A DNA stretch of 64,000 bases from an uncultured virus (IMG/VR IMGVR_UViG_3300042349_000638) (Duplodnaviria > Heunggongvirae > Uroviricota > Caudoviricetes). The position numbers and the translations under genes are program-made. Below are positions 52,946 to 62,772 of the stretch, piece after piece; within the stretch, counting starts at the first letter, position 1; every line of letters starts with the position of its first letter. The stretch is from the IMG/VR virus record IMGVR_UViG_3300042349_000638; one strand, written 5' to 3'. Under the pieces are notes generated by a model, which was not told the origin of the DNA, made no database searches, and saw nothing but the letters and a program-made list of their open reading frames with translations.

Positions 52946-53613
52946 AGCATGTATTCTTTCTCTGAAAAATAATAAGTATCTAGATCATTTTCTATACAAT
53001 AATTATCTTTCCACTTGTTCAATGATTTTGCCTTATGGTTTTTATTTGAACCTATCCAAAATTCACGATCAAGACGATAACCACTTTCCAAATACTTATT
53101 ATCTAGTGTATTAATATAAGATGCATTTGCCCACCAAAAGTTTCCTGGATAAAATCCTACGCCTTCATTTGAAGTTCTAGATCCATCAGACCATACAGTA
53201 TCTCCCAATGGTTCCCATGTTTGTCCAGCACAATCATATCCTTCTTCTAGTGCTGTGACACATTCTTTCCAACGGTCAATGACAAAATATTCCATCATAA
53301 GTCTCCACGAATCGTGATGGAGAGTTTGTTTACTTCCTCCCTTTAAATGAAAATAAAGAACTTTATAATCTCCATTTTCCTTACAAAAATCTCTTAAAGA
53401 GCACAGAGTATCTGTCTCTTCTTTTTGATTCTCATTATAAACAACTCTCGCATTATCTGGAATATTGAATAATTCATTTGAACCATTAACTCCAATATGA
53501 ATTAGGTCTGCTGCTTTAACAAGACCAGATGCACATAAACGATGGATTTGTTGTTGGTAAATAAATGCACTTATTCCATTCTGAAATACGTGATAGAAGA
53601 TTGCAATTTTCAT
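52942..53613 (-). CDS. Putative glycan-related enzyme (YFH.KG / GNFWWA family)
   Basis: LYFHLKG, WR..MEYF, GNFWWA, E.WIG. Confidence 0.6.
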   Translation of the reverse strand: MKIAIFYHVFQNGISAFIYQQQIHRLCASGLVKAADLIHIGVNGSNELFNIPDNARVVYNENQKEETDTLCSLRDFCKENGDYKVLYFHLKGGSKQTLHHDSWRLMMEYFVIDRWKECVTALEEGYDCAGQTWEPLGDTVWSDGSRTSNEGVGFYPGNFWWANASYINTLDNKYLESGYRLDREFWIGSNKNHKAKSLNKWKDNYCIENDLDTYYFSEKEYML

Positions 53614-54380
53614 AGTGAATATGAATCTCCATCCATTCCTTTAAGAACATCTAGACCCAAAGTTGGAATGTTTAAAATTTTATTCCTATCTAAGAAATGA
53701 TAAAGAGAATGTTCTATATCAATTCCTGCAGTATATTGAATTGCTCTTTCCATATAACCAAAACTTTTTTCTAAAGCATCAACAACATCACCAAAAAGGA
53801 ACCGATCAAATGACCATAATCCAGTTACAACCATTCCTTTTGCTGCGTAAAGATCTAAGTATATATTTTCAGTATCTTCAAATCTCTTACTATCATAAGA
53901 ATAAAGTTTGGCGACATAATAATTTTGAAGGAAACTGGTCTTATAATCTTCAATGTTGAAATAATTATTCAGAGTGTAACGTCCGCTGATTTTAAAGACA
54001 CGAGTTACATCTGAGAAAATATTATGAGTCTTCATGTATTCAAACACGTTTAAGAGTGCTCTACACTCAAGCATTGACTTGCCATAAACAAAGCGGTCTG
54101 GTTGCTTGTTTAGATTATCATAAAGAAGTTGGATTCCTGGCTCTCCATAAAATTCTAAAAATAGATCAGACTCTTCAATAAATCTTTCTCTATACTTTTC
54201 ACTAATCTTTATTGGAGATACTTCATAAACACAAATGTAAGCATCTGGAACTTTTTCTTTTACTGATCTGATTGTTTCTAAAGTTTGTTCAAAACGTTGC
54301 TCAGCAGTAAAATAACTAAAATCATTTGATTTAAAATGCTCAACGGCAGAACCAACTAAAAATAAAAATTTATAGTCCAT
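53610..54380 (-). CDS. Hypothetical protein, possibly glycosyltransferase-like (KISGRY)
   Basis: ORF track; cluster context. Confidence 0.55.
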   Translation of the reverse strand: MDYKFLFLVGSAVEHFKSNDFSYFTAEQRFEQTLETIRSVKEKVPDAYICVYEVSPIKISEKYRERFIEESDLFLEFYGEPGIQLLYDNLNKQPDRFVYGKSMLECRALLNVFEYMKTHNIFSDVTRVFKISGRYTLNNYFNIEDYKTSFLQNYYVAKLYSYDSKRFEDTENIYLDLYAAKGMVVTGLWSFDRFLFGDVVDALEKSFGYMERAIQYTAGIDIEHSLYHFLDRNKILNIPTLGLDVLKGMDGDSYSL

Positions 54381-55056
54381 AGAATGATGAAAGATAATTT
54401 GGTGATGTTGAATGATCATTTAGAAAATCTTCAACTCTGTTTGACCAGAGTTCTGGGATTTCTTCTTTAAACTTACTAATTCTAAAATAATGCCATGCTC
54501 CTGGATACCAAGTCCCAGTTCCATACATTCCGTATCCTGATAGTTTATAACCTTCTCCCTCATCCCATCCGTAAGGATACATGAGTTGATAGTTCATTCC
54601 TATTTGATTTGCTCTCAAAGTTAGTATTTGTGCGGTATCAATTTGATTTTCATTCTGAATAAACCAAGAAAGACTTGGCGATCCTAGTGATTGCCACGCA
54701 GTTTTATTCACAAATAAACATGAAGCCGCAGCATAAATGTGATTTCTCATATTAGTGTGAGAAATATTTTGAGCATGACCAACAAAAGATTTATTGATTT
54801 TTGCCCAGTTATATGCTTTTTCTAAGACTTCCTTTTTATATGGAAGGCAATCAATATCTAAAAAACAGGCAGTATCTTTTTCTTCTTCTAAAATAGAAGT
54901 CATGAAGTTGCCATGTGCAGTATAAACTGCATTGTAATCATCATAAAACTTTTCTTTGTGATAGACTACTTCTAAGTCAAGTTTATCACAACATTTTTTA
55001 TGATCTTCTAAGATTTGATTTGGAATATTTTCTGTACAAAATGTATGAAATCTCAA
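54370..55056 (-). CDS. Putative glycosyltransferase
   Basis: FLDIDC DxD motif. Confidence 0.55.
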   Translation of the reverse strand: MRFHTFCTENIPNQILEDHKKCCDKLDLEVVYHKEKFYDDYNAVYTAHGNFMTSILEEEKDTACFLDIDCLPYKKEVLEKAYNWAKINKSFVGHAQNISHTNMRNHIYAAASCLFVNKTAWQSLGSPSLSWFIQNENQIDTAQILTLRANQIGMNYQLMYPYGWDEGEGYKLSGYGMYGTGTWYPGAWHYFRISKFKEEIPELWSNRVEDFLNDHSTSPNYLSSFYGL

Positions 55057-56405
55057 GTTAACCCTCTATTCATTAAAAATTCACTCAACTTATTTATTGG
55101 ACCTTTCCAATCTCTAGGTTTTACTTGCTTAAATATATGAACATTGTCTCCATACCAAGCAGACTTTCCTGATTCATGTATCCAAACATAATATTCCATA
55201 ATAGGAACAAATACACAAACTTCTTTTCCTAAAGATGCTGCAACATGAGCAGTAAAACTACATGATGTGATTATAAGATCTAGGTTATTGATGATTGAGA
55301 AAGTATCCGCATATTCTCTATCGGGAATAGATAAAGATTGTTTTATTTCTGGATATTTGTCTGCGTCTTTATTGTCAGCATGTGTTTGTAATGAATAGAG
55401 TGAAATGTTTTTGTTCTTAAGAACACTCATATAATCATCAAGACTTACGCTTCTAAACTGATTCTGTTCATATCCAGAACTTGATGCCCAAAATAATCCT
55501 ACTTTAAAACCTTCGTCTTTATGCATCCATTTCCACTTCTCATCAATTTCTGCAATTGGTTTCAGATAAGGATGCTTTCCAAGTTCTTCAACATTCAAGT
55601 CTAGATGATAAGGCAGTGCTAGACCATAAACCCAACAAGAATCTTTAGGAAATTGTGGTTTATCCCAACAACAGACTGCATCATATCCATTGTAATTGAA
55701 TAATTCTACAAGTTCCCTTCGGGTAGAATTCCAAATTGGTTTCATTCCCAATTCTTTAAGATGTTTCATGAAGCGAATATGAATCACTTCATCACCAGCT
55801 CCGCATTGGTTATCAATAATAATAGTTCTTCCTGGAGTAACAGTTCCGTCCCACTTTTCATATTCGGGTAGTTTTTGATTCTTATATGCTTCAATTTCAC
55901 CAGCTCTTAAAAAATGCTTTAATGCAGTTTTTATATCATTCTTTCTAAAGTAATGTCCAGATAGATTGTGATATGCTTTTCTTTCAATCTCTTCTGGCAG
56001 TTTCTTTTGAAGAAGATTGAATAATAGTTTTTCAGATTTATCTTTCTGTCCTAATGCCGAGTATGCAAAAGTTTCTTCCAATAATAATTCTGAATCCTGT
56101 GGATTTATTTTCTTACAAAACTCTATTTGAGTAAGTGCTTTTTCTGGATAATTTGACTGATTATACGCATTAATTAAATTTTTTGAAAGGATATATCTTT
56201 CTTGTTTTGTCTTTGCTTGTTGAAGTGCCTTTTCCCCATATTCAATTGCTTTGGGAAAGTTTTTGACTTCAAAAAATATCTTTGCAACATCATCATATTG
56301 TTGGACTGTTTGCGCTCTTTTCCCAAAGGCATCCAACAATTGATAAGTTAGTTCTTTTTCACTAAACGAATGTAATGTTTTTGCTACCAACTCAAGTGGA
56401 TTCAT
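55053..56405 (-). CDS. TPR-repeat + GT9-like glycosyltransferase
   Basis: N-terminal TPR-like helices; WDG, GAGDEVIHIRF, LDLIITSCS..AHVAASLGK. Confidence 0.8.
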   Translation of the reverse strand: MNPLELVAKTLHSFSEKELTYQLLDAFGKRAQTVQQYDDVAKIFFEVKNFPKAIEYGEKALQQAKTKQERYILSKNLINAYNQSNYPEKALTQIEFCKKINPQDSELLLEETFAYSALGQKDKSEKLLFNLLQKKLPEEIERKAYHNLSGHYFRKNDIKTALKHFLRAGEIEAYKNQKLPEYEKWDGTVTPGRTIIIDNQCGAGDEVIHIRFMKHLKELGMKPIWNSTRRELVELFNYNGYDAVCCWDKPQFPKDSCWVYGLALPYHLDLNVEELGKHPYLKPIAEIDEKWKWMHKDEGFKVGLFWASSSGYEQNQFRSVSLDDYMSVLKNKNISLYSLQTHADNKDADKYPEIKQSLSIPDREYADTFSIINNLDLIITSCSFTAHVAASLGKEVCVFVPIMEYYVWIHESGKSAWYGDNVHIFKQVKPRDWKGPINKLSEFLMNRGLT

Positions 56406-56432
56406 AGATATAAATCAGTTTTATCTATTTAT

Positions 56433-57638
56433 TTAATCCTCGTAGGATCTGATTGCAAAAACAGTTGCATTGTCATTAAAACTCACAGATTTCCAATTAT
56501 TTCCACCTATGAATGTTGTGACTGGCGTTAATCTTAAAGTTGTATTATTAATTCCAAGTTGTCCAAAATTATTAAATCCCCAAATCCATAACGTCCCATC
56601 TGTTTTAATCGCTGCAGTGCTATTCCCTCCGCAAGAAATCTGTTTCCAATTGTTTCCTCCAGCAAATGTTGTGACTGGAGTTAATGCGTTAGATACAGTA
56701 TTAGTACCAAGTTGACCACTACCATTCAATCCCCAACCCCATAAAGTTCCATCAGTTTTAATTGCTGTGGTATGGTAATACCCACAGCTAACCTGTCTCC
56801 AATTATTTCCCCCACCAAATGTTGTTATTGGAGTTGAACGGTTGGGTTGAGGGGAAGGTTGTCCAAGTTGTCCAATAGCATTACTACCCCATAACCATAA
56901 AGTTCCATCAGTTTTAACCGCTGCAGTATGAAGAGATCCGCAAGAAACTTGTTTCCAATCATTACCTCCAGCAAATGTAGTTACTGGTGTAGATCTATTT
57001 GCTGCAGTATTATTTGCTAATTGTCCATTAGTATTTTGACCCCATAACCATAAAGATCCATCAGTTTTTACTGCTGCAGTATGATTAAATCCACAACTCA
57101 CTTGTTTCCAATTATTACCCCCCGCAAATGTAGTAACTGGTGTAGAAACAACAATATTGGAATTTATTCCAAGTTTTCCATAAGAGTTGTTTCCCCATGA
57201 CCATAGAGATCCATCCGTTTTAATTGCTGCATTATGAAAAGGACCGCAACTTATTTGTTTCCAATTTGTTCCTCCAGAAAATGTAGTGATTGGAGTTCTA
57301 GAATTGCCTATATTATTTGTTCCAAGACTAAGATAAAGAGAATTATTTCCACCCCAAATCCATAAAGTACCATCATTTTTTATTGCAGTTGTATGGTGTC
57401 TTCCGCAAGCAACTTGTTTCCAGTTGGCACCACCTGCAAATGTTGTGATTGGAGTAGATTTGGATTCTATATCATTTGTCCCTAATTGCCCATCAACACC
57501 AAATCCCCATCCCCATAACTCTGGGGTAATATATCGATTCGCAATGTTTAAATAAACACTATTAAAGTATTCTTTCTCTAGGAGTTTAGATCCTACATCA
57601 ACTCCATCTGATCCTATGAAATTAGTTGTTGAGATCAT
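56433..57638 (-). CDS. RCC1/BLIP-II repeat beta-propeller protein 2
   Basis: About 7 repeats of TPVTTFAGG.NWKQVSCG..HTAAIKTDGTLW.WG. Confidence 0.9.
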   Translation of the reverse strand: MISTTNFIGSDGVDVGSKLLEKEYFNSVYLNIANRYITPELWGWGFGVDGQLGTNDIESKSTPITTFAGGANWKQVACGRHHTTAIKNDGTLWIWGGNNSLYLSLGTNNIGNSRTPITTFSGGTNWKQISCGPFHNAAIKTDGSLWSWGNNSYGKLGINSNIVVSTPVTTFAGGNNWKQVSCGFNHTAAVKTDGSLWLWGQNTNGQLANNTAANRSTPVTTFAGGNDWKQVSCGSLHTAAVKTDGTLWLWGSNAIGQLGQPSPQPNRSTPITTFGGGNNWRQVSCGYYHTTAIKTDGTLWGWGLNGSGQLGTNTVSNALTPVTTFAGGNNWKQISCGGNSTAAIKTDGTLWIWGFNNFGQLGINNTTLRLTPVTTFIGGNNWKSVSFNDNATVFAIRSYED

Positions 57639-57641
57639 TTC

Positions 57642-58295
57642 TTAATCCTCGTAGGATCCGATTACTACTGGAGGTCTAATGACAACTTCATAAACCTCAT
57701 CTATTGTTTGACATGCATCAATCTCTTGGTTTTTTGCAAGTTCCCAATCAAATGCTTCTTGTACTTTTAGATCAATTTGCTGTAAAATATATTCAATATC
57801 AGTTTTTGTAATCTCCACCCAAGTCTGATTATCAAATTTAAAATTGTAAGGACCAACACCACTCATTGCTTTTGATGCTAATGAGAGACGATTATCTCTG
57901 CTGGTTGATATCTTTACTTCCGTTCCGTTTATAGTTAGATTAATCTCAGTATTTTCTTTCTCTTTTCTGACTGGAGCAATTTCTACTTTTCTTTCCGCTT
58001 TTACTTGATCAATAGACTTATCTCTTGTACCATAAAGAAATACCACTTCATTTTGGAAAATTCCTACTGATGGTCCCGTATGCTCATGATATTTGGCATT
58101 ATAAAACGGAGAGTACTCATTTTTTGCTGGAACAATTCTTACAGTGTCCGTAATATTAAAAGGAACTCTTGCCTCGTCAATTGAAGATACACGCTGATCC
58201 AATTCTAGATCATCTTCTAAAACAGAATTAATCATTCTGTAATTAAATGGAATTGGTCCTAACAAGACCATTGAACCGTCTACTAGAGCGTACAT
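57642..58295 (-). CDS. Tail-fibre-associated protein (DUF4376-like C-terminus)
   Basis: K.EIA..R.EKE...NFKF...WVE...VQ.AFDWE......IDAC.T; context. Confidence 0.6.
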   Translation of the reverse strand: MYALVDGSMVLLGPIPFNYRMINSVLEDDLELDQRVSSIDEARVPFNITDTVRIVPAKNEYSPFYNAKYHEHTGPSVGIFQNEVVFLYGTRDKSIDQVKAERKVEIAPVRKEKENTEINLTINGTEVKISTSRDNRLSLASKAMSGVGPYNFKFDNQTWVEITKTDIEYILQQIDLKVQEAFDWELAKNQEIDACQTIDEVYEVVIRPPVVIGSYED

Positions 58296-58312
58296 ATACT
58301 TTTTTTAATTAT

Positions 58313-59509
58313 TTAGTATTCTGGTCCTGATGTTACTACCATAGTATGTCCTTGTCCAGTAGATACTTGTTTCCAATTATTTCCGCCAGCAAATGTTGTA
58401 ACTGGAGTTGAACGGTTTACAGTATTACCATTTCCCAATTGTCCAGTATTATTTTGACCCCATAACCATAATGTTCCGTCAGTTTTGATTGCTGCAGAAA
58501 AATTAGTTCCACAACTTACTTGTTTCCAGTTATTTCCTCCAGAAAATGTTGTTACAGGGGTTAAAATACCTCCAGGATTATTGTCATTAATGCCCAGCAT
58601 TCCACTAAAATTACTTCCCCAAGCCCATAAAGTTCCATCTGTTTTTATTGCTGCCATATGCAAAATGCCACATGAAACTTGTTTCCAGTTGGTATTTCCA
58701 GCAAAAGTTGTTACTGGCGTAGATCTATTATTAAATTGATTATTTCCAAGTATTCCAGCAGTTCCATTTCCCCATGCCCATAAAGTGCCGTCTGTTTTAA
58801 TTGCTGCTGTAAATTCAGATCCACATGCAACTTGTTTCCAATTAGTTCCTGCAGCTGATGTTTCTACTGGAGAAAATCTATCCGTTGTATCATTGACTCC
58901 TAGTTGAGCATAAGAATTACGTCCCCACCCCCATAAAGTTCCATCAGTTTTAACTGCTGCAGTATGATTAAATCCTCCACTAATTTGTTTCCAATTATTA
59001 CCTCCAGTAAATGTTGTAACTGGAGTTGAACGATCTACAGAATTGTTAGTTCCCAACTGACCAAATTGATTTCTCCCCCAAGTCCATAGGGTCCCATCAG
59101 TTTTGATTGCTGTAGTAAAAAGTCTTCCACAAGAAACTTGTTTCCAGTTAGTTCCTCCAGCAAATGTTGTGACTGGCGTGGATCTATTGGCAGTTCCTGC
59201 ACCTGTTCCTAAATTATTTCCCAATTGTCCATAAGAATTTAATCCCCAAGTCCATAAAGTTCCATCAGTTTTGATTGCTGCACTGTGACTTTCTCCACAA
59301 GAAATCTGTTTCCAATTATTTCCACCAGGAAGCGTTGTGATTGGTGTTGATCTGCTGGATGAAATTAAATTTTGCCCAAGCTGTCCAGAAGTATTGTCTC
59401 CCCAAACCCAAAGTTGATCACCAATCCATTGGTCTACTAACCAGGATTCGGTAATGTAAGTTTGGTTTTCTAAGTCTCCTTCTGGAGTTCTAAAGTTGTT
59501 TATTGGCAT
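58313..59509 (-). CDS. RCC1/BLIP-II repeat beta-propeller protein 3
   Basis: About 7 RCC1 repeats. Confidence 0.9.
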   Translation of the reverse strand: MPINNFRTPEGDLENQTYITESWLVDQWIGDQLWVWGDNTSGQLGQNLISSSRSTPITTLPGGNNWKQISCGESHSAAIKTDGTLWTWGLNSYGQLGNNLGTGAGTANRSTPVTTFAGGTNWKQVSCGRLFTTAIKTDGTLWTWGRNQFGQLGTNNSVDRSTPVTTFTGGNNWKQISGGFNHTAAVKTDGTLWGWGRNSYAQLGVNDTTDRFSPVETSAAGTNWKQVACGSEFTAAIKTDGTLWAWGNGTAGILGNNQFNNRSTPVTTFAGNTNWKQVSCGILHMAAIKTDGTLWAWGSNFSGMLGINDNNPGGILTPVTTFSGGNNWKQVSCGTNFSAAIKTDGTLWLWGQNNTGQLGNGNTVNRSTPVTTFAGGNNWKQVSTGQGHTMVVTSGPEY

Positions 59510-59510
59510 T

Positions 59511-60734
59511 TTAGTAATCTGGTCCTGATGTTACTGCCATAGCAAATTCATATCCACATGCAACTTGTCTCCAATTATTTCCTCCAGCAAATGTAGTGAC
59601 TGGAGTGGGTCTATATGAAGTTGGATTGATAGTGCCTAATTGTGAATAATAATCTCCACCCCAAGACCACAAAGTTCCATCGGTTTTTATTGCAGACTTA
59701 AAAGAATATCCACATGCAACTTGCTTCCAATTATTTCCTCCAGCAAATGTTGTGACTGGAGTAGATCTACCTATTATTGTATTGTCACCTATAGATCCAG
59801 CTCGATTTACAGTATTATCTCCCCAAGTCCATAGGGTTCCATTAGTTTTAATTGCTGCAGTTTGGTCTCTACTTACAGCAACTTGTTTCCAATCATTAGT
59901 ATTTCCAAATACTTGTACTGGTATAGATCTATAAAGATTGTCATTTGTTCCCAATTCTCCTGAAATATTTGTTCCCCAAGTCCATAAAGTTCCATCAGTT
60001 TTGATTGCTGCTACATGATATGCTCCAGTATTTCCAGCAACTTGTTTCCAATTAGTTCCTCCAGCAAATGTAGTTATTGGAGTAAGTCTTTGAGTTACTG
60101 TATTGTCTCCAAGTTGCCCAAAATCTCCAGAACCCCAAGTCCATAAAGTTCCATCAGTTTTGATTGCTGCTGTATGATCTGAAGAACATACAACTTGTTT
60201 CCAATTATTTCCTCCAGCAAATGTTGTTACTGGAGTAGAACGAGCTGAATTTGGAGCCGCTGGAAATAAATTAATTCCCAGTTGTCCAACACTATTACTT
60301 CCCCACATCCATAATGTTCCGTCAGTTTTGATTGCTGCAGTATGATAATTGCCACAAGAAACTTGTTTCCAGTTGGTTCCTCCAGCAAATGTTGTTACTG
60401 GAGTAGAACGTGCTGCATTTGGGTTTACTCCACTTAAGTTAATTCCAAGTTGCCCATTACTATTATCTCCCCACAACCATAAAGTTCCATCAGTTTTAAT
60501 TGCAGCAGAATGCCCCAATCCACCATCAACTTGTTTCCAATTAGTTCCTCCAGCGAGAGTAGTAACTGGAGTTGATTTTGTTACGACAATATTATTAATT
60601 CCAAGTTGTCCATATAAATTATATCCCCAAGTCCAAAGTTGATCACCAATCCATTGGTCTACTAACCAGGATTCGGTAATGTAAGTTTGGTTTTCTAAGT
60701 CTCCTTCTGGAGTTCTAAAGTTGTTCGTGGGCAT
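59511..60734 (-). CDS. RCC1/BLIP-II repeat beta-propeller protein 4
   Basis: About 7 RCC1 repeats; start overlaps the tail-fibre stop. Confidence 0.9.
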   Translation of the reverse strand: MPTNNFRTPEGDLENQTYITESWLVDQWIGDQLWTWGYNLYGQLGINNIVVTKSTPVTTLAGGTNWKQVDGGLGHSAAIKTDGTLWLWGDNSNGQLGINLSGVNPNAARSTPVTTFAGGTNWKQVSCGNYHTAAIKTDGTLWMWGSNSVGQLGINLFPAAPNSARSTPVTTFAGGNNWKQVVCSSDHTAAIKTDGTLWTWGSGDFGQLGDNTVTQRLTPITTFAGGTNWKQVAGNTGAYHVAAIKTDGTLWTWGTNISGELGTNDNLYRSIPVQVFGNTNDWKQVAVSRDQTAAIKTNGTLWTWGDNTVNRAGSIGDNTIIGRSTPVTTFAGGNNWKQVACGYSFKSAIKTDGTLWSWGGDYYSQLGTINPTSYRPTPVTTFAGGNNWRQVACGYEFAMAVTSGPDY

Positions 60735-62730
60735 CTAGACGCGCCTCCAGATCATCAATTCTCTTCTGCTGATCTTTAATCGCCTCTATCAGAACACCAA
60801 TCAGCATATCATAGCAAACTGATTTCATTCCTTCTGGGTCTGTCTTAACTGCTTCTGGTAGAACCTTTTCTACATCTTGTGCAATTACACCAACCGAAGG
60901 ATCTCCACCATCTTTCCAATTAAATCTTACACCTTTAACTTCATTTAAGATCACAAATGGATCATCAATTCTTTCAATATTCGCTTTGAGTCTTTCATCG
61001 GAGGTTGAAGTAAATGTATTTGCATACATTATACCTGAAGTATCAAGTCTTGCTGTAATAGGTTGCTCAGTTCCTAATGTTCCAATACCAGTTCTGAATA
61101 AAAGTTCTCCTGGATAAGTTGATGACGCTCCACCAACAAAATCAATTTGACCACCTCTTTGTGAAGAGGAAGTCATTCCTCCAGCAAAGATTGATAATCT
61201 TCCTCCATTACTTCCCGAAAAAATTGTCGTTGGTATATCAGTATTATTAGAAGTTACTAAAAGATGCCCAACACCACCAGAATTACTTACTCCTCCAATA
61301 AAATTAACTCTTGCAACGTTCGCTAAAGTAATTCCCAATCCAACATTAACATATCCACCAAAGTAAGCGTTACTATTTCCAAAATCTACTTGTGTAGAAC
61401 CATTAATAATGGTGGTATTAAATCCTACATTTCCATTAAAGTAAGAATTCCCTTGAACATGAAACTTTTCAACTGGATTTGTGGTTCCTATACCCAGATT
61501 GCCAGAAACATAAGCACCACCACCAACTTGAAGATATTGATTTGCAGTTCCAGTTCCCTGTGTAGTTCCAATACCAACAAATACTGTTGTAGCATTTGTT
61601 AAGTTTCTGGTTTGAAGATAAATTGGTCTGGACTGTCCTGTTTTTGCAACATTAATATAACCAGCATCAATATTATCATCATATCCCATCCACATAGTTC
61701 TTCCAGTATTTCCAGAAGAAAGCGCAAATGCGTGTGCTCCAGATTCACCAGCAGTAGAAGGATTTGTTCCTGATTGTGTTACAAAAAGTCTAGATGTTGG
61801 ATTTGTGGTTCCTATACCAAGATTATTACTTACATAAGCACCACCAGTAACTTGAAGTGTTTGTGATGCGGTTCCAGTTGAAGTTCCAGAACCAATCAAA
61901 ATTGGTCCATTTGTAAATGTTGAAATTCCTGCAGATCTTAATAGAGTAACATCTACAGTTCCGTTTACTGCAGTTGAAACTCCAGATGTAGTTGAATATG
62001 TTGTTTGTGTAGCAAATCCAGCAGTTACTGCGTAAGTTGCTGATGTTGCTGATGTTGCTGATGTAGAAAGACCTGCAACAGTCGCATAACTGGATGTTGT
62101 AGAGAATCCAGTTGATGCTGCATAAGAAACACTACCAACTAATGTTGTTGCTGTTAAAATACCAGTAACAATTGCACCACCAGCAGTTGTTTGAAATTTC
62201 TTTACATTATCATGATAAAGTTCTACTGAACCATTTCCATTAAAAATTGCTGAGTTTTCTCCGCTAGGTGTTATAATATTAACGCTAGTATTACTGATTA
62301 AATATAAATTTGCAGCAGCATTTGTAATATAACTATTATTATTTGCTCCGTTATGGAAAATTTGAAGATCATTTCCATCACCAAAGTATAAAGTATCATT
62401 ATCACCAAAATAAGCGTGATTTTGGAAGGTTGAAACGCCAACTACCCTTAAATTTTGTGCAGTGGCAATACCAGTGACATTTACATTAACTGATGTGATT
62501 ATTCCAGTAGCATTTAAATTCCGTAATGTATTAGTATTTGAAGAAACAATAGATTGTGCTGTTAAAATACCAGTAACATTAACATTACCAACAACTTCAA
62601 CTTTTGCATTTGGAATAGTAGTTCCAATACCAATATTTTGTCCCTCTTGACTTTTAATATTGATATGTTTACTGGTATCTAATACCTCAATAAGATTTGC
62701 TATTTGCGATAACTCTCTATTATTAGTCAT
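60715..62730 (-). CDS. Tail fibre protein with C-terminal intramolecular chaperone (peptidase S74)
   Basis: Repeated GIGTT.P motifs, Thr/Gly rich; SDERLK.NI...GVIAQDVE.VLPEAV...LIEAIK coiled coil. Confidence 0.88.
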   Translation of the reverse strand: MTNNRELSQIANLIEVLDTSKHINIKSQEGQNIGIGTTIPNAKVEVVGNVNVTGILTAQSIVSSNTNTLRNLNATGIITSVNVNVTGIATAQNLRVVGVSTFQNHAYFGDNDTLYFGDGNDLQIFHNGANNNSYITNAAANLYLISNTSVNIITPSGENSAIFNGNGSVELYHDNVKKFQTTAGGAIVTGILTATTLVGSVSYAASTGFSTTSSYATVAGLSTSATSATSATYAVTAGFATQTTYSTTSGVSTAVNGTVDVTLLRSAGISTFTNGPILIGSGTSTGTASQTLQVTGGAYVSNNLGIGTTNPTSRLFVTQSGTNPSTAGESGAHAFALSSGNTGRTMWMGYDDNIDAGYINVAKTGQSRPIYLQTRNLTNATTVFVGIGTTQGTGTANQYLQVGGGAYVSGNLGIGTTNPVEKFHVQGNSYFNGNVGFNTTIINGSTQVDFGNSNAYFGGYVNVGLGITLANVARVNFIGGVSNSGGVGHLLVTSNNTDIPTTIFSGSNGGRLSIFAGGMTSSSQRGGQIDFVGGASSTYPGELLFRTGIGTLGTEQPITARLDTSGIMYANTFTSTSDERLKANIERIDDPFVILNEVKGVRFNWKDGGDPSVGVIAQDVEKVLPEAVKTDPEGMKSVCYDMLIGVLIEAIKDQQKRIDDLEARLDAHEQL

Positions 62731-62772
62731 TCTGCTGAGGGTTTCTTATAGATTTATTTATTAGATGGTAAA

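Noticed and set aside
51340..60734. Diversity-generating retroelement acting on RCC1 genes
   Set aside because: No reverse transcriptase in the window, no non-coding template repeat seen, and differences include indels and non-adenine positions
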